A stretch of DNA of 64,000 nucleotides. It comes from Eledone cirrhosa (lineage: Eukaryota). Below are positions 11,010-24,674 of the stretch, one piece after another. A model generated the notes under the pieces. The model searched no databases, was not told the DNA's origin, and worked only from the letters and a program-made list of their open reading frames with translations. The first letter of the stretch is position 1. Each line of letters opens with the position of its first letter. Position numbers and translations under genes: made by a program. The stretch lies in assembly GCA_964016885.1 (NCBI GenBank), contig CAXHJY010000239.1:27349-91348 (forward strand), in the 5' to 3' direction.

Positions 11010-11790
11010 AATTAAACCTGACGGGTTGAAGGGCAAAAATTAATTAAATCAACCCCAGAACTTTACAGGTACTTTATTTTATAACCTCCAGAAAAATGAA
11101 AGGCAAAATTGACTTTAGCAGTATTAGAATTCAGATTGCAGTTGGTTGGAACAAATATTGATTTCAAATTTAGGTAGAAAGGTAAAGTTGAATATATAGA
11201 CCCCAGTACTTGACTGATACTTTATTTTATTGAACCCAAAGGGATGAAAGGCAAAGCTGACCTTGGCTGTCTTTGAACTCATAGTGCAAAAGGCTGGAAC
11301 AACTATTACCAGGTATTTCATCTGATACTCTAATGCTTGCTAATTCATAAGGGGCATAAACATAGCCACCTAAGAAATAATTATTTTTGAATTTAGGACA
11401 AGGCCAACAATTTGGGGGAAGGGGAAAATCGTTGATTATATTGACTTCAATACTTTTCTAGTACTTTATTTTATTAACCCAGGATATCAAAAAGCAAAGT
11501 TAAGCACAACAGGATTTGAAATCAGATTGTAAAGGGCCATAACTAAATGCTACATAGCATTTTGTCCAATGCTCTAATGATTCTGCCAATCTACCACCTC
11601 TAAGAAATGATGGTTTTTGATTTAGGCACAAAGCCAACAATTTTGGAAGAGAGGAAAGTCGATTAAATTGGCCCCAGAATGTTACTGGTACTTTAGTTTG
11701 TAGACCCCTTAAGGATGAAAGGAAAAGCTAACCTCAGTGAGATTTGAACTCAGAACATAAAGGGCCATAACAATATGCTGAAAAGCATAT
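11010..11790 (-). mobile_element. Cluster of ~4 older minus-strand copies of the same tRNA-SINE
   Basis: Repeated GGTACTTTATTTTAT...GGATGAAAGGCAAA...GATTTGAACTCAG motifs, the reverse complement of the SINE body. Confidence 0.75.
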
Positions 11791-13013
11791 TATCTTAGAA
11801 ATAATAAAAGCAGCAGCTGACTAGATATTCTATAATCCCAGTTAGAGATCCTCTCTACTTGTTGAGCAAGAATAGGCAGAAAGAGCAACCGATTCCTGAG
11901 AATGGGTATTGAAACTTGGTTTAGTTACAGTTTGTTGCTGCTGCTGCTGTTGTTGTTGTTGTTGTTCATCTTCTTCATCACCATCACCCCCCCCCCCCCC
12001 CCCCTCCATTCTCTCACTCCTCATTCTTCCCTCCCTCATCCTCCTAGCTAAAGTAAAATTACGAGAAGGTTTGATTCTGAGAAATATTTACATGAAACCC
12101 ATTTTTGAGTTATGAGGAATAAACAAACAGATTTCAATTTTTGCTGTCCGGTTTATTAATTCTTTAGCCTTCATTTTGATTCATAAAAAAAAAAAAAACT
12201 GTCTCTTTGCAATTGTGTGTGTGTGTGTGTTTGTGTGAGAGAGAGTGATGTAGAGAATGTGTGTGAGTGGGTAAAGTGTGTTTGTGTACACTCATATAGA
12301 CATATATAAACATACACATATACATGCGTCCATCTGCATGTATTTGTGTATATCTAGGTGTCTTTGTGTGTATTCTCTGTGTTATGTGTGTGTATATGTG
12401 TTTATATGTATGCGTATGTGTGGTGTATACATGTGTCTATATATTTGCACACAGCTGCATGTATTTATAAACATACACAAAAAGCTACATTCACATGTCT
12501 TTATGCGAATCTATTTATCTGTGTGTATGTACATATGTAAATGTGGATATATATACACACACATATATATATATATATATGAGTGTATGCATATTATTGT
12601 ATGTTTGCATATGAATATATATGATAAGCTTATGTATGTGTACATGTATGAATATATGTCTAATTCTTTTCTTCCCATATTGCTTCAGGCCCCAAAATAA
12701 ATGTCTTTTTTAAAACACCTTAGTATTTGTTATATTTCCTACAGAGAGGCTTAAAATGTCTAAATAACCCTCCCCTCATAACCTACACCACCTCCAGCTC
12801 ATGAAATACTTAAGAAGATATTCATGAGATTATCTCCTTAACTTCTTTAAATCCACTTTAATCTCCGAATATGTTTAATTACTGCTGTTGGTAGATCAAC
12901 ATCAATATGAACAACTGCAACAACAACAACAACACTAATAAAGAAAAAGATTCAGTTTCATTTTCCCATGAGCAGCTGAAGTAACTAAGCAATCCACATA
13001 TATTGTTGTTTAA

Positions 13014-13482
13014 CCCTTTCATTACTATATTTCTATATGAAAGACACTGTCTATATATTTCAATTAATTTTGAAAATAATCAGGAATTTGGAAGGATTTA
13101 GTAAAACAACTAACTTTTTGTTATCGTGATGATGTTTGGAGCATAATTTAAGAAAAAGTTCTCACATAAAATTATGATGAAATGCTTAACCCTTTAGCAT
13201 TTAAACCAGCCGTATCTGGTCAGAGTTCTCTCATCTCTTTCTGTTCAAACCTGCCCCTAATACTAATGTTAAGGTATTGTTCTCAAAATAAATATCAAAA
13301 TCTCAGAGATTCGATATTATGTGAGATAATTATGTGAGATAAAGCCTTTACTATGAAAATACAATAGTAAATATAGAGTAAAGTAAATGCTAAAGGGTTA
13401 AATATATGTATGAACACTTTAAAAGAAGCAATTTTGTATCGTAGAACCAGGGACAGTTTCAGGCAGGTTGGTATCATAAGGG
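13014..13482. mobile_element. piggyBac-type MITE (family 2) hosting a nested family-1 MITE
   Basis: TTAA|CCCTTTCATTAC ... GGTATCATAAGGG|TTAC. Related partial copies near 7560-7731, 19255-19490 and 23290-23387. Confidence 0.65.
13190..13397. mobile_element. piggyBac-type MITE (family 1), intact
   Basis: Perfect TTAA target duplication and 14-bp TIRs CCCTTTAGCATTTA / TAAATGCTAAAGGG. Confidence 0.9.
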
Positions 13483-13675
13483 TTACATTCTTACTAAGAT
13501 AAAATTCCGCAATAATGTTTGCTCCTATAGAATAAAAAGACCCTTGTAGTGTTTACCTCCATATCACCTCTCAGAACAGACAATCTAGAGTACCTTGAAT
13601 AATAGTGAATAACCACCAAAATGAGTCATTCATTTTTGGTGCTTTTTTTTTAGTTTTATCATAGGAAGAAGTGTA

Positions 13676-13930
13676 CAAGGGTTAGCTGAAAAGTTCATAG
13701 GCTGATTATGAAGGAATAATGCTAGAGCTGTGAAAAATTGCATAAAATAAAGTACCAGTAATGCACTGGGATAATTGCTGGCCTTATGCCCAAAGTAGAA
13801 ACAATTAATTTTATGTCTTTTTATTAACAACTGTATTGTTTCTTTTGAGGGACTATATTGAAGAAATAAACCTCATTTGATCAATCTGTGATAGTATATT
13901 GGTGAACCTATGAACTTCTCATGACCTTTG
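13676..13930. mobile_element. Tc1/mariner-type MITE interrupted by a SINE 3' fragment
   Basis: TA|CAAGGGTTAGCTGAAAAGTTCATAGGCTGA ... CCTATGAACTTCTCATGACCTTTG. SINE piece at about 13745-13810. Confidence 0.65.
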
Positions 13931-14910
13931 AAACTGGTAGGAGAAAGAGAAGTTATCTTTAGACCTAGCTCAAATGTTTGTGACAGTAAATTCTGCTTAA
14001 GACATACAAGAGCAAGTTGGTGACAGATTAAATCTACCACCTAAAAACAGTTACGTCCCTCCCACCAGCTTCCACATAACTTCCATCTATGAAAGTGTGT
14101 CAATAACTGTGAATAAACTAATCATTGGAAAGATGCACAGGGGATAGTACAACAATTTGACTACAAAACATATGAAAAATACACATAGAAAGGTTTTATG
14201 ATTTAGGCAAACAACATAATTATGAGTGAACATACAAATAAAGTCCTATGACTGGGACAAAACATGAACCCTGGTCATATGATCTATCTATATGTATGTT
14301 TATTTTGCTTTGACCTTATTTTCTTGTATCATTCTCAGATAAAAGTCTAAAATAACTTCTTTCTTTTTACTCCTATGCACAACTTTTCCTGATTCTGCTA
14401 TTGTGTTTTGTCTCACTAGTAAGACATTCACTTGTAACTTCATTGCTAACTGCATCGTTTGTCCAAGTCATTAGACCTTTCTATATGAAAACGTTTTGTC
14501 CTAATTGGAAGTCTTTTTTCTTATATTCACTCATAATCCTGATGTTCATTGTGTTGTTTATTCAGGTTGTAAGACCTTTCTAGATGTATTTTCCATATGT
14601 TTTGTGGTAATTTTATTGTTGTACTGTCTCCTATGCATCTTTCCTAGCAGCTGGTTTATTCATAGCTATTGATACCCAGAGACAGAGTAGTGATTCTCCC
14701 TTAGTGTACAAAATCACAATTATCCACTTCCAGAGATGGCTAATGAGGAAGTATCAATGTTTTTTGTCTAATTAATTTATTATCCTTAGTATTAGTTTTT
14801 CTTTTCTTATGTTCATTTGTGAAAATGTTTACATATGTAAATAACACCATGCAGAATTCATATAGACACATGTGCACACACACACACAAACACACACACT
14901 CACATATATA

Positions 14911-15100
14911 CAAGGGTCCGCAGAAAAGTTCATAAGCTGACCAACATACTCTCTTGACCAAATAAGGTTTATTTTTCAACATAGTCCCTGGAAAGAAACA
15001 ATGCAGTTGTTAATAAAAAGAGTTGACATTAATGCATGTAAGACACAACTCTAGTAGCACTCCTTCATATACAGCCTATCAACTTTTCAGCCTACCGTCA
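14911..15100. mobile_element. Tc1/mariner-type MITE
   Basis: TA|CAAGGGTCCGCAGAAAAGTTCATAAGCTGA ... CAGCCTATCAACTTTTCAGCCTACCGTCA|TA. Same family as 13676 and 19593-19769. Confidence 0.75.
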
Positions 15101-15241
15101 TATATATACATATATACATAAATACACACACCACACATATTGTTGATCTCAAGATATACAATATTCAATATCACAGTCTAAATTAGTTTACATTCTATAC
15201 AGCTTCTGAAAAGTTCTTGCTTCGATTTATATTTTGCTTAA

Positions 15242-15448
15242 CTTTTAACATCCTGTAAGAGTGAGAAAATATCTAAAAACAGGTTTGTTAATTCAAATGT
15301 TTACTATATCTTTGCTAGTGGATAGACTAATGTGAAAAATTGCACAATTATAATAAAGACTTTCATTTTTAATGCAATGCCATCATAGTTCTGTTTTGCA
15401 CTTTTAAGTTGTGTTAATGTGGTTTCATGCAGTACAGGACATTAAGAG
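15242..15448. mobile_element. TTAA-flanked MITE (piggyBac-like family 3)
   Basis: TTAA|CTTTTAACATCCTGTA ... TACAGGACATTAAGAG|TTAA. A second copy at 16594-16901 carries an internal tandem duplication of its first ~110 bp. Confidence 0.7.
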
Positions 15449-15949
15449 TTAAATTTTTAACTGGATAAGGTATTGGACTTAACTGAAAATGATGTATGGT
15501 ATATGTCACTTAATCCAATAGGTCACTACATCAAGAACAAGTTAGTCTAGCCAAACCTGTCCCATTTCAAGCTGTTGTCTATTTCTCAAATTACAAGTAA
15601 ACAAGTCAACAAAGTAACTACTATATGATCACTCAACTTGCTAGAAAGAGCAGTAAAATATCTCCCTGTTATCTTACAATGTAAATTGGTTGGTGATAGG
15701 AAGAACATTCAGCTGTAGAAAACTTGTAAAACAAAGAGTCAAGAAGACTGATCAGTTGTCAAAGACATGATGAACTCCTTAGTGCTGGTGGTATGATTGC
15801 ATGGCATCTCAGTAGAATGTGGGAACATATATAAATGAGATGGGTCCTGGCTCATCTGAAGGAGCAGTGACTCTAATTAAGTACTGACTTGGTTTGTGAC
15901 AACTTATCCAACACTTGCTAGCAGGGAAAATAGACATTGAATCATAATG

Positions 15950-16146
15950 ATAATAATAATTGTTTCTACTTTAGGCACAAGGCCAGCAATTACCCAGTGC
16001 ATTACTGGTACTTTATTTTATCGACCCCGTAAGGATGAAAGGCAAAGTTAACCTCGGAGGGATTTGAATTCAGATTGTAAAAGGACGTAACTATGCTGGA
16101 AAGCATGGCGTCCGACCCTCTACCGATACTGCCAATCCACCGCCCA
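15950..16146 (-). mobile_element. tRNA-SINE, short variant
   Basis: Reverse complement of the short unit in the 8805-10235 array. A similar copy lies at 24725-24912. Confidence 0.85.
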
Positions 16147-17159
16147 TAATGATAATAATAATGATGATGATTGTGGTGGTAGTGATGAAGAATGTAATGG
16201 TTATGTTTATTTGCTCAATCACAGTAAAATTGGGAAGAGAAACCACAAACATGAGACATAAACTAAATTTAATTACTGTCATTGGAAGAACATTATACAA
16301 GTGGCTGAGCACACCACATATATATGCACCCTTAATGTAGTTCTCGGAGAGATTTAATGTGTTATGGCTGGCCCTTTGAATTATAGGTGCATCTCATTTT
16401 TGTCAGCTGAACAGACTAGAGCAATGTAAAATAAAGTGCCTTGTTCAAGAGTACAATGTACCCCAAACCCTAATCATTAAGCCCTGTAACTTCACTCCAT
16501 TTAGTATTGGTCTACTATTTCAGAGCCATAAGTTCTCATCTACCCTACATAATGTTTAGTTTGTGAGAAATATTATTGATAACATTATTTAAACTCTTAA
16601 CATCTTGTAATGATTCAGCAGAAATCTAAAACAAGGTTTGTTAATTCAAACGTTTATAGTAGCTTTACTAGTGGGTAGATTGCTGGGAAAATTTGTAGTA
16701 TTTTCTCTTAACATTCTGTAATGATTTAGCAGAAAATATCTAAAACCTGGTTTATTAATTCAAAAGTTTATAATATCATTACTAGTGGACAGATCACTGT
16801 TAAAATTTGCAATAAACTAAAATAAAAACTTTAATGTGATGCAATCATAGTGCGGTTCTGTACTTTTCGAGAATGTCTTGGTAATGCAGTTTTGTTGAGA
16901 GTTAATTTCAAAAGAATCAGTTAAAAGATTACTTTTGTCTCAGTTCATCTAGGTGGAAATAGGTATTCTGTCTGAGAATGTTACCTGTAATACACTTATT
17001 TCTTATCCAGGAGGAAAGTTATCACTTATCACATCAAGTATCTCAGAATCTTGAACTAACATAGTTTCCATTCTTTTTATTTAACAGCTTCTTTTAACAA
17101 TTATTTTTTTCAGAATATATATAAACATTTTTTTTTTTAGATGTTGACAAGGTTTTGAC

Positions 17160-17520
17160 AGGCCACATTGTAAAGTGGTAGTGCTGGTGCCACTATACAC
17201 TGCTCCCAGTGCACACTCTAAAGTGATCGTGCTGGTGCCATAATAAAATGCACCTAGCCTATTGTGTAAATTGATAGTGTTAGTACCATGAAAAATGCAT
17301 GCAATCCATTCAGTCAGATAGTAGTGGTGGTAATGTCATAAGAAAACAAACTTGTGAATTGGTTGGCATTAGGAAGGGCGTCCAGCCATAGAAACCATAC
17401 CAAACTGGAATGTATGAGCAAGACATAATTGTCTGACCTACCTCACTTGTCTCTTAACATGACAACCTGTGTAATCCATGAAAGCATGAAAAATAGACAC
17501 AAAGTGTTGATGATGATGAT
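17160..17520 (+). mobile_element. RTE-tail SINE with ~4 tandem ~50-bp GTGCTGGTGCCA units
   Basis: Degenerate repeated units followed by GGTTGGCATTAGGAAGGGCGTCCAGCC...CCATG..GCATG..(GAT)n. A similar unit array is on the minus strand at 37590-37810. Confidence 0.65.
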
Positions 17521-17709
17521 GTTGACAAACTAATATGTAAAATTTTACAGGATAAATATTTTATATTAACTTATAACAGAACACAGAACTACTGTTTGAT
17601 TGAAGAAAAGTGACTTTTACACATTCTGGCATTAAAGAAAATAGACCATTGAAAAAAAAAAAAAAATCAGCCACACTATCACCTAGCTAATTGAGCATTG
17701 GTTGCACAT

Positions 17710-17924
17710 CCCTTTAGCATTTAAACTGGCCATATCTGGTCAGAATTCTCTCACCCCTTTCTGTTCAAACCAGCTGTAACCAGCCACTCATACCAACGTT
17801 AAGGTATTGTTTTATCAAAGTAAGTAATATCAAAATCATAGATTCGATTTTAAATGAGATAATTATATGAGGCTTTTACTACGAAAATACAATAGTAAAT
17901 ATAGGGTAATGTAAATGCTAAGGG
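17710..17924. mobile_element. piggyBac-type MITE family 1 copy
   Basis: CCCTTTAGCATTTAAAC ... GTAAATGCTAAGGG; body matches 13190-13397. Confidence 0.8.
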
Positions 17925-17974
17925 ATATTCTAGCCACATCCATTGGCTAATTCAGCCAATGAGGGTGTCTGTAT

Positions 17975-18170
17975 GTGCTCACTTAAACTATAAGAAATAG
18001 CAATCAAATCTCCTTCAATCATATCTTAGAAAAAACGGAAGAAAACAGTATGATTTAATCATAGATAGTCTTTATATGAAAAAGATGTGATGGTCATAGT
18101 TAGAATACTTTTGATAATAAGTTTGCTTGATCAGAGCTGACCTGGGGTTAAACAATACTAACAACATCAA
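17975..18170 (+). repeat. Dispersed SINE-like family ending TGATCAGAGCTGACCTGGGG(C/T)TAAACAA(CAA)n
   Basis: Related copies at 23730-23770 and 25070-25270 (+), and 36410-36600, 38650-38860, 38985-39170 and 40030-40220 (-). Confidence 0.65.
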
Positions 18171-20099
18171 CAGCTGACTCCTAGTAGATTATAACCTATT
18201 GTTTGATCAGCCAGGATAGAATAGAATAATATTTGGTCTATGTGAAATACTGATCTTCCAATCAAATCTATTGACCAAAATCTTCTATGTGTTTTGTGCT
18301 AGATCATTTATTGCAGTATTTCACTATGATATTGCATGTATTGCAATTTTACACTTCAATATTGCATGTGCTGCACTAAAATCAATGGGATGTTACAGGC
18401 CTGCAATGCAATGAAAGGCCTGGAAGGGAATTAATTATTGCCTGGAATGTGATACTAGTGAATTCCAAAACCTTATCTTCAGCAACATGCCAGGGGTAAA
18501 AATAATATTTAAAAAAATTTCTTTTAGATGTAGTATGATATGAAGTTATTGTGCAGAAGATTAGAATTAGATCTGGAATGGTTTATTTTATATCGTCAAT
18601 AGCTGTGCCCCTTATAATGAATTCATTTAGTTACCAGCTATAATAATCCTTTCTAACATTGGCACAAGGCCAGTAACTTAGGGGAAGGAAAAAGTTGATT
18701 AAATTGCCCCAGTACTTAACTGGTACTTTATTTTATAGAACTTGGAAGGATGAAAGACAATGTTGACCTCAGTGCTATTTGAACTTAGAACATAAAGAGC
18801 CAGAACAAATACTGGTGATCTGACAACTCTGCCAATCCACTACCTTGATATCAACAATAACAATAATAATAATAACAAAATCTTTGTGCACTTAGATATA
18901 GGTTTGTTAGTTTTCAGAAATATTAATGTAAGTTTTCTCTTATTGTGAAAACATTCTTGTATTCTTGTGAATAAAATAAGATAGAAAATTAAACTAGGAA
19001 AATAAATTAATACATCTAGCTGTAAAAATCAAATGAATGTTCAGATAAAATATTATGTATAGATTCCAATGAGATGCAAGTCACATTACAAGCTCTCGAG
19101 GGAGGGCAGTAACTTTGAATATGAACTGATACAGGGTAAAAACCATACTAACAATAGAATATGTGAGACATGGACTCTTGTAACTGCATCATAGGCTACC
19201 TGTCTTTGAGGGTTGTAACTCTAAATAAAAGCTGATACAGGGTAGAGGAGAATTTTAACCTTTTGGATACCAACTGGCCCCAAACATCCTGTTTCTATGA
19301 AACAAAACCACCCATTTTAAAGGGTTCCTATTTAAGTTAAAACATTCCAACATAATTTTATATAAGAACATTTTGCTATGTTATAAATTCCTCCTTAATG
19401 AAATTATAATTTTAGTAAATCCTTCCCCAATTCTTCATTCATTAATTAAAATACAAAGTATTTCATTAGAAATACAGTAATAAAATGATCACATCCTCTT
19501 GCAGGGTACAACTTCTTTAGTGCCAGAAGCACAACAAAATATATCCAATCCATACACAACAACAAAGTTGGCTGCGTTTCTTTTTTGTAGTATCAGGGTA
19601 GGCAGCAAAGTTCATAGGCTGACTATGAAGGAGTGATGCTAGAGCTGTGAAATCTTGTATGCATTAATTTAAACTCTTCTAGTTAATAACTGCATTGTTT
19701 CTTTCTAGGGACTATGTTGAAAAATACACCTCATTTGGTCATTCCATGAGAGTATCTTGATCAGCCTATTATCATATAAGTGACTATAGAGAACCTGACT
19801 GAATCAATTGGCTCTAAATATGGACGTAGCTAAAGTAAACAGCCATTGCTGAATCAGCCAGGTGGCAGTGTTGCTGTTTTTTTAATGGGTATATCTACTT
19901 TAACACTTTCATAACTGTCACTAGATGCAAAGTGCCGAGTAGGATGTCCAAATATAACCACCAGGACTCTGTTGGCAAGGAATGCTAGCCTCACTGAACA
20001 GGATCTTCTTGCTGCGATGAGGTTGGGAAGTCTGGAACAAGAACTGTGTGCATGTTTCACCTTCGATAGAGGAATGACTCAAGAAGAAGTTATATTGTA

Positions 20100-20490
20100 G
20101 GGTGGCAAATTGGCAGAGTCATTAGAATGTCAGATAGAATGCTTTGTAGTATTTCTTCCCATTAGAATGTCAGATAGAATGCTTTGTAGTATTTCTTCCC
20201 ATTAGAATGTCAGATAGAATGCTTTGTAGTATTTCTTCCAGCTGTCTGCACTCTGTGTTCAAAACCCATCAAGGTAAACTTTACCTTTCATCCTTTTGAG
20301 GTTGATAAAAAAAAGTATCAGTCTAGTACTGGGGTTCAATTCTTCTATACTTTTTTCTCATTTCCTCTCTATCCTTCATTGGCAGAAATCAGCTGTGTTG
20401 AGAACGGAAGAGGAAATGAGCTCTGCCAGGTTTTAAAATGCTCAGGTAACACTGTATGTCATGATGATGCCTATATGATGCTGCAGGTCT
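20100..20490 (+). mobile_element. tRNA-SINE with an internal 3 x 40-bp tandem repeat
   Basis: GGGTGGCAAATTGGCAGAG head, ATTAGAATGTCAGATAGAATGCTTTGTAGTATTTCTTCCC three times (20121-20239), then the central domain and 3' module. Confidence 0.8.
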
Positions 20491-21258
20491 GTACCAGTTG
20501 TATTGTAAATATTTATTGCAGCCACTACTATTGTAATTTAATGATTAGTATATTTGACTTCATCAGAAAATAGGAGCATCTTGTAAACATCCTGACAGTT
20601 TATAAAGGAATTTGGGATGAGGGTGGATAGTAGTTCAACTTTGCTACTATAAGGAGGATACCAATATATAAATTACAACTAATGGTAGTGGATTGGCAGA
20701 ATTGGTAGAGTGTCAGAGATAAAATGCCATTGTGAGATTTGTTCTGGCTCTTTAGATTTAGAATTTAAATCCTACCGAGGTCAACTTGGCCTTTTATCCT
20801 TCCAGGATTGATAAAACAAAGTATCAGTGAAGTACTGGGTGGATCTAAGCAACTTTGCCCCTCTCCCAATATACAAAGTACAGTAGAGTGCTAGATACAT
20901 TAACTCTTGTCTGGCATCTAAGAGATTGAGTTTTACTGAGGTAAAAGCAATATCAACATCTCTCTTGATTTATATAATAGTATTTGTATTGATTTATTTA
21001 TATATAATCAATTGTGAAAATGTTTGATGTTAAAGTGGATAATTTTTTTTTTTTTAAATTTTAAATATAATATTGGATGCAAGAAATGTATACAGATCAA
21101 TTTAACAGTGGTAGCAGCAGCAGCAATCACAGATCAACAATCAAAGCTATTTATGGAAATATACATGAAACTTTCCCACAATTATTCAAGCTCTATTGTT
21201 ATAACATTTTACACCTTGTCGGTAAAAGTGACCAAACATTAGTCAATATAATACTGGT

Positions 21259-21294
<36 letters not shown>

Positions 21295-21595
21295 GGGGGG
21301 GGGGGGGTAATCATCATCATTATTATCATCATCACCATTTTATATCTGCTTTTCTATGTTTGCATATATATACAAACACACATGTATGTGTGTGTATATG
21401 TGTTTTTGTATACGTTGCACCTTTCTCCATAAGAATATGAAATACAACACCAGCATGTGATTTATCCTTAGGACTTACAAAATCTCAATTCAAAATATAT
21501 GATACATTTTAAATGTTGAATGCAAAATGGAGGTTTGACTTAACTACTGGAGGTACTTATACACAAGTGTATATATATATATATATGTATATACA

Positions 21596-21640
<45 letters not shown>

Positions 21641-23067
21641 ATATGTGTGTGAGTGTTACAGTTTGGTTATTAATTTTTATAACTTAGTTATTCTGATTCC
21701 AGTTCACAGACTTTGTTCATAATTCAATAATTGTGTTATATCAGACAGCATCTGGACACTGAGAACTGGAACATTTTAATTGCTACACGCATAATTGTAC
21801 AAATTGACCTGATTGAGAGGATAATGTTTTTGTGAGCAGCTCAGTGCACTACCTAAGACAGAAAAAAAAAGAGGGTTTTAAAAAAGATTGTACAGTACTT
21901 GGTGATAGGAAAGGCACTTTACCAAAGAAAGGGCCAAGAAGACTCTTCAGTTGCATCAAAAACATAACTTCCCTAATACTGGCTATGCAATAAAACTCAG
22001 CCAGTACACTCTGTAGAGTAGGTGCAACATATGTGAGATTTACCCACTGGCTTGTCTGTGAGGTCAGTAGCCCAGCTAAGTACTGACTTCGTCTTTGGTG
22101 GCCTGTCCAACCCTTGCTTGCTAGCAGGGAAAAATGGACATTACATGAAGATGATGGGGATGATTAGGATGATCATGATAATAATGATGATAATGATGTG
22201 ATCTCATGTACTATTGGAGATAAAGAGGATTAGTTTTCTATTATAATTCTATTCATATCTAGGATGCTTTACAGGAATATTAAATTGACATCAGTACTTG
22301 ACTATTGCTTTATTTTATCAACTGAATAAGGATGAAAGGTAAAGTTGACCTCAGTAGGTTTTGAACTCAGATTATAAAGGGCGATAACTAAAATACCAAA
22401 GACATTTTATTTGATGCTCTACCAAAGATTCTGCCACATAAACTCACACCGAAATAGCTTACTGAAATTAATGTTCATATTACTGTTGGTTAATATTGAA
22501 CATAGTAGAACTGAGTGGTGGATTGGCAGAATTGGTAAACATTGCCATTGTTATATTTGTTCTGGGTCTATACATTCTGAGTTCAAATCCTGACAAGGTC
22601 AACTTTAACTTTCATCTTCTGGGGTTGATAAAATAAACAACCAATTAAGTACTGGGGTTGATTTAATCAACCTTGCCCTTTCCCCAAAATTGCTGGCCTT
22701 GTGCTTAAATTAGAAATAAATATTAAATGTATCCAACCCATGCAAGCATGGAAAAACAGACAACAAGGATGATGATGATGATGATTATAACCTCTCCATT
22801 GTGTGAGCATCATAGGGTGCTGGTAAGATACAGATGAAGCTGAGATATTAGACTACACTGTGGCTTTACTTTCTGGTTATAACACTTAATGAAGATGAAA
22901 CCCTTGTTATCTAAGGACTGGTTAAAATGTATGATGTGTTTTCATACCAATATGTTTTTTCTTTTGATTTAGACTTAAACATTTCTGTACTGTCTGATAT
23001 TATAAGATCTTTCTCTAGCTGAGAGGCTCAACAGGCTAGAGCTTATCTTGGTTTCATATGACTTTAA

Positions 23068-23275
23068 CCCTTTAGCATTTACATTACTCTATATTTACTA
23101 TTGTATTTTCACAGTACAGGCTTTATCTCACATAATATTGAAGCTATGAGATTTTGATGTTATTTATTTTGAGAACAATACCTTATCATTGGTATGAGTG
23201 GCCAGTTACAGCCGGTTTGAACAGAAAGAGGTGAGAGAGTTCTGGCCAGATATGGTTGTTTTAAATGCTAAAGGA
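23068..23275. mobile_element. piggyBac-type MITE family 1 copy
   Basis: TTAA|CCCTTTAGCATTTAC ... TAAATGCTAAAGGA|TTAA. Confidence 0.85.
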
Positions 23276-24337
23276 TTAAGTAATTGAAAAAAAAGATTTT
23301 AATTTAAATAGGAATCTTTTAAAATGGGTGGTTTTGTTTTTATAGAGTCAGAGGCAGTTTTGGGCAGATTGGTATCTAAAAGGTTAATTATGGTTTTAGA
23401 TGTTATTTGGCTGAAAGTAAACTAAATACATTATTGTGTTTAGTTTCAACTGTAGGTTGTATAAATCTTGCTGGCAGCATAATTACAGTTTATATAATTG
23501 AAAAGTAGGTTATACATGTAAGTAAGGAGATCCGTGATGTCTGAAGTAGAAATATATATACAATGGGCTTCTGCACAGTTTCATTCTACCAAATTCCGCT
23601 CAGAAGGTATTGATCAGCAAGGGGCTATGATAGAAGGCATTTGCCCAAGGTTCAGGAGAGTGCGACTTTGCCAGGAAGCATATAATAGAACTTTTAAACC
23701 ACACAACCATGCCTGCATCTCTCATCATAGGTTTACCTGATTGTGGCTGACCTGGGGCTAAACAACAACGACTGTATGTGGAGATTTTTACTGGAAAAGA
23801 AATCTACAGTAAAAAATACTACTGATGATGATGATAATGACGATGATGGTGCTGGCGGTGGACTGGTGGGTTTGGGGTGATGGTGGTGATGGTGGTGGTT
23901 GTGGTGGTGGTGGTGCTGGACATGGGGGGGGGGGGTTAATGGTGGGTTTGGTGTGGTGGTGAGGTATTGGTGGTGGGTTTGGGTGGTGGTGGTGGTGCAT
24001 CTGTGTTATTGTTTGTATATCTTCAAAACAATCTAATGCAATCAGACTATATGAGTGTTGCTACAATAAAACTTCTCTATCTATCATCTGTGGTGTTTTT
24101 TTTTTTGTAGTGGATTGGGGGTGGGGACCTGCTATCATTTTATCCGAGACAAAAAACACAAACATATATTCATGCATGTACATACACATACACACATACT
24201 CACATACACACATACACACATTCTGACACATTGAGAATATTCATATACAAATCTGAAATCATATATTCACACTATACACGCATTCATGCGTTTTGAAACA
24301 GAAAATTATTGAATACATATATAAATATATTATAATA

Positions 24338-24416
<79 letters not shown>

Positions 24417-24619
24417 TTGAAACACATTTACAAACATATATACACACCTGCAACCACACAAACAAAAATATTTGATCCACATATGTACATGCACCTGTAT
24501 GTATGCACATTTATATATACATATATACACCCTATAGTACAGTACAGTATCTACACATTAACTCTCAAACACATATACACACACAGATTTCAAGCATATG
24601 TCTTTAGAAATCAGCATCG

Positions 24620-24674
<55 letters not shown>

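Noticed and set aside
11842-12115. Poly-Q/poly-C/poly-P ORFs
   Set aside because: Compound trinucleotide microsatellite and C-run with no coding context.
19854-20095. Moderately GC-rich unique stretch, possible exon or Tc1 transposase relic (VGCPNITTR)
   Set aside because: No convincing domain match or splice context could be established by eye.
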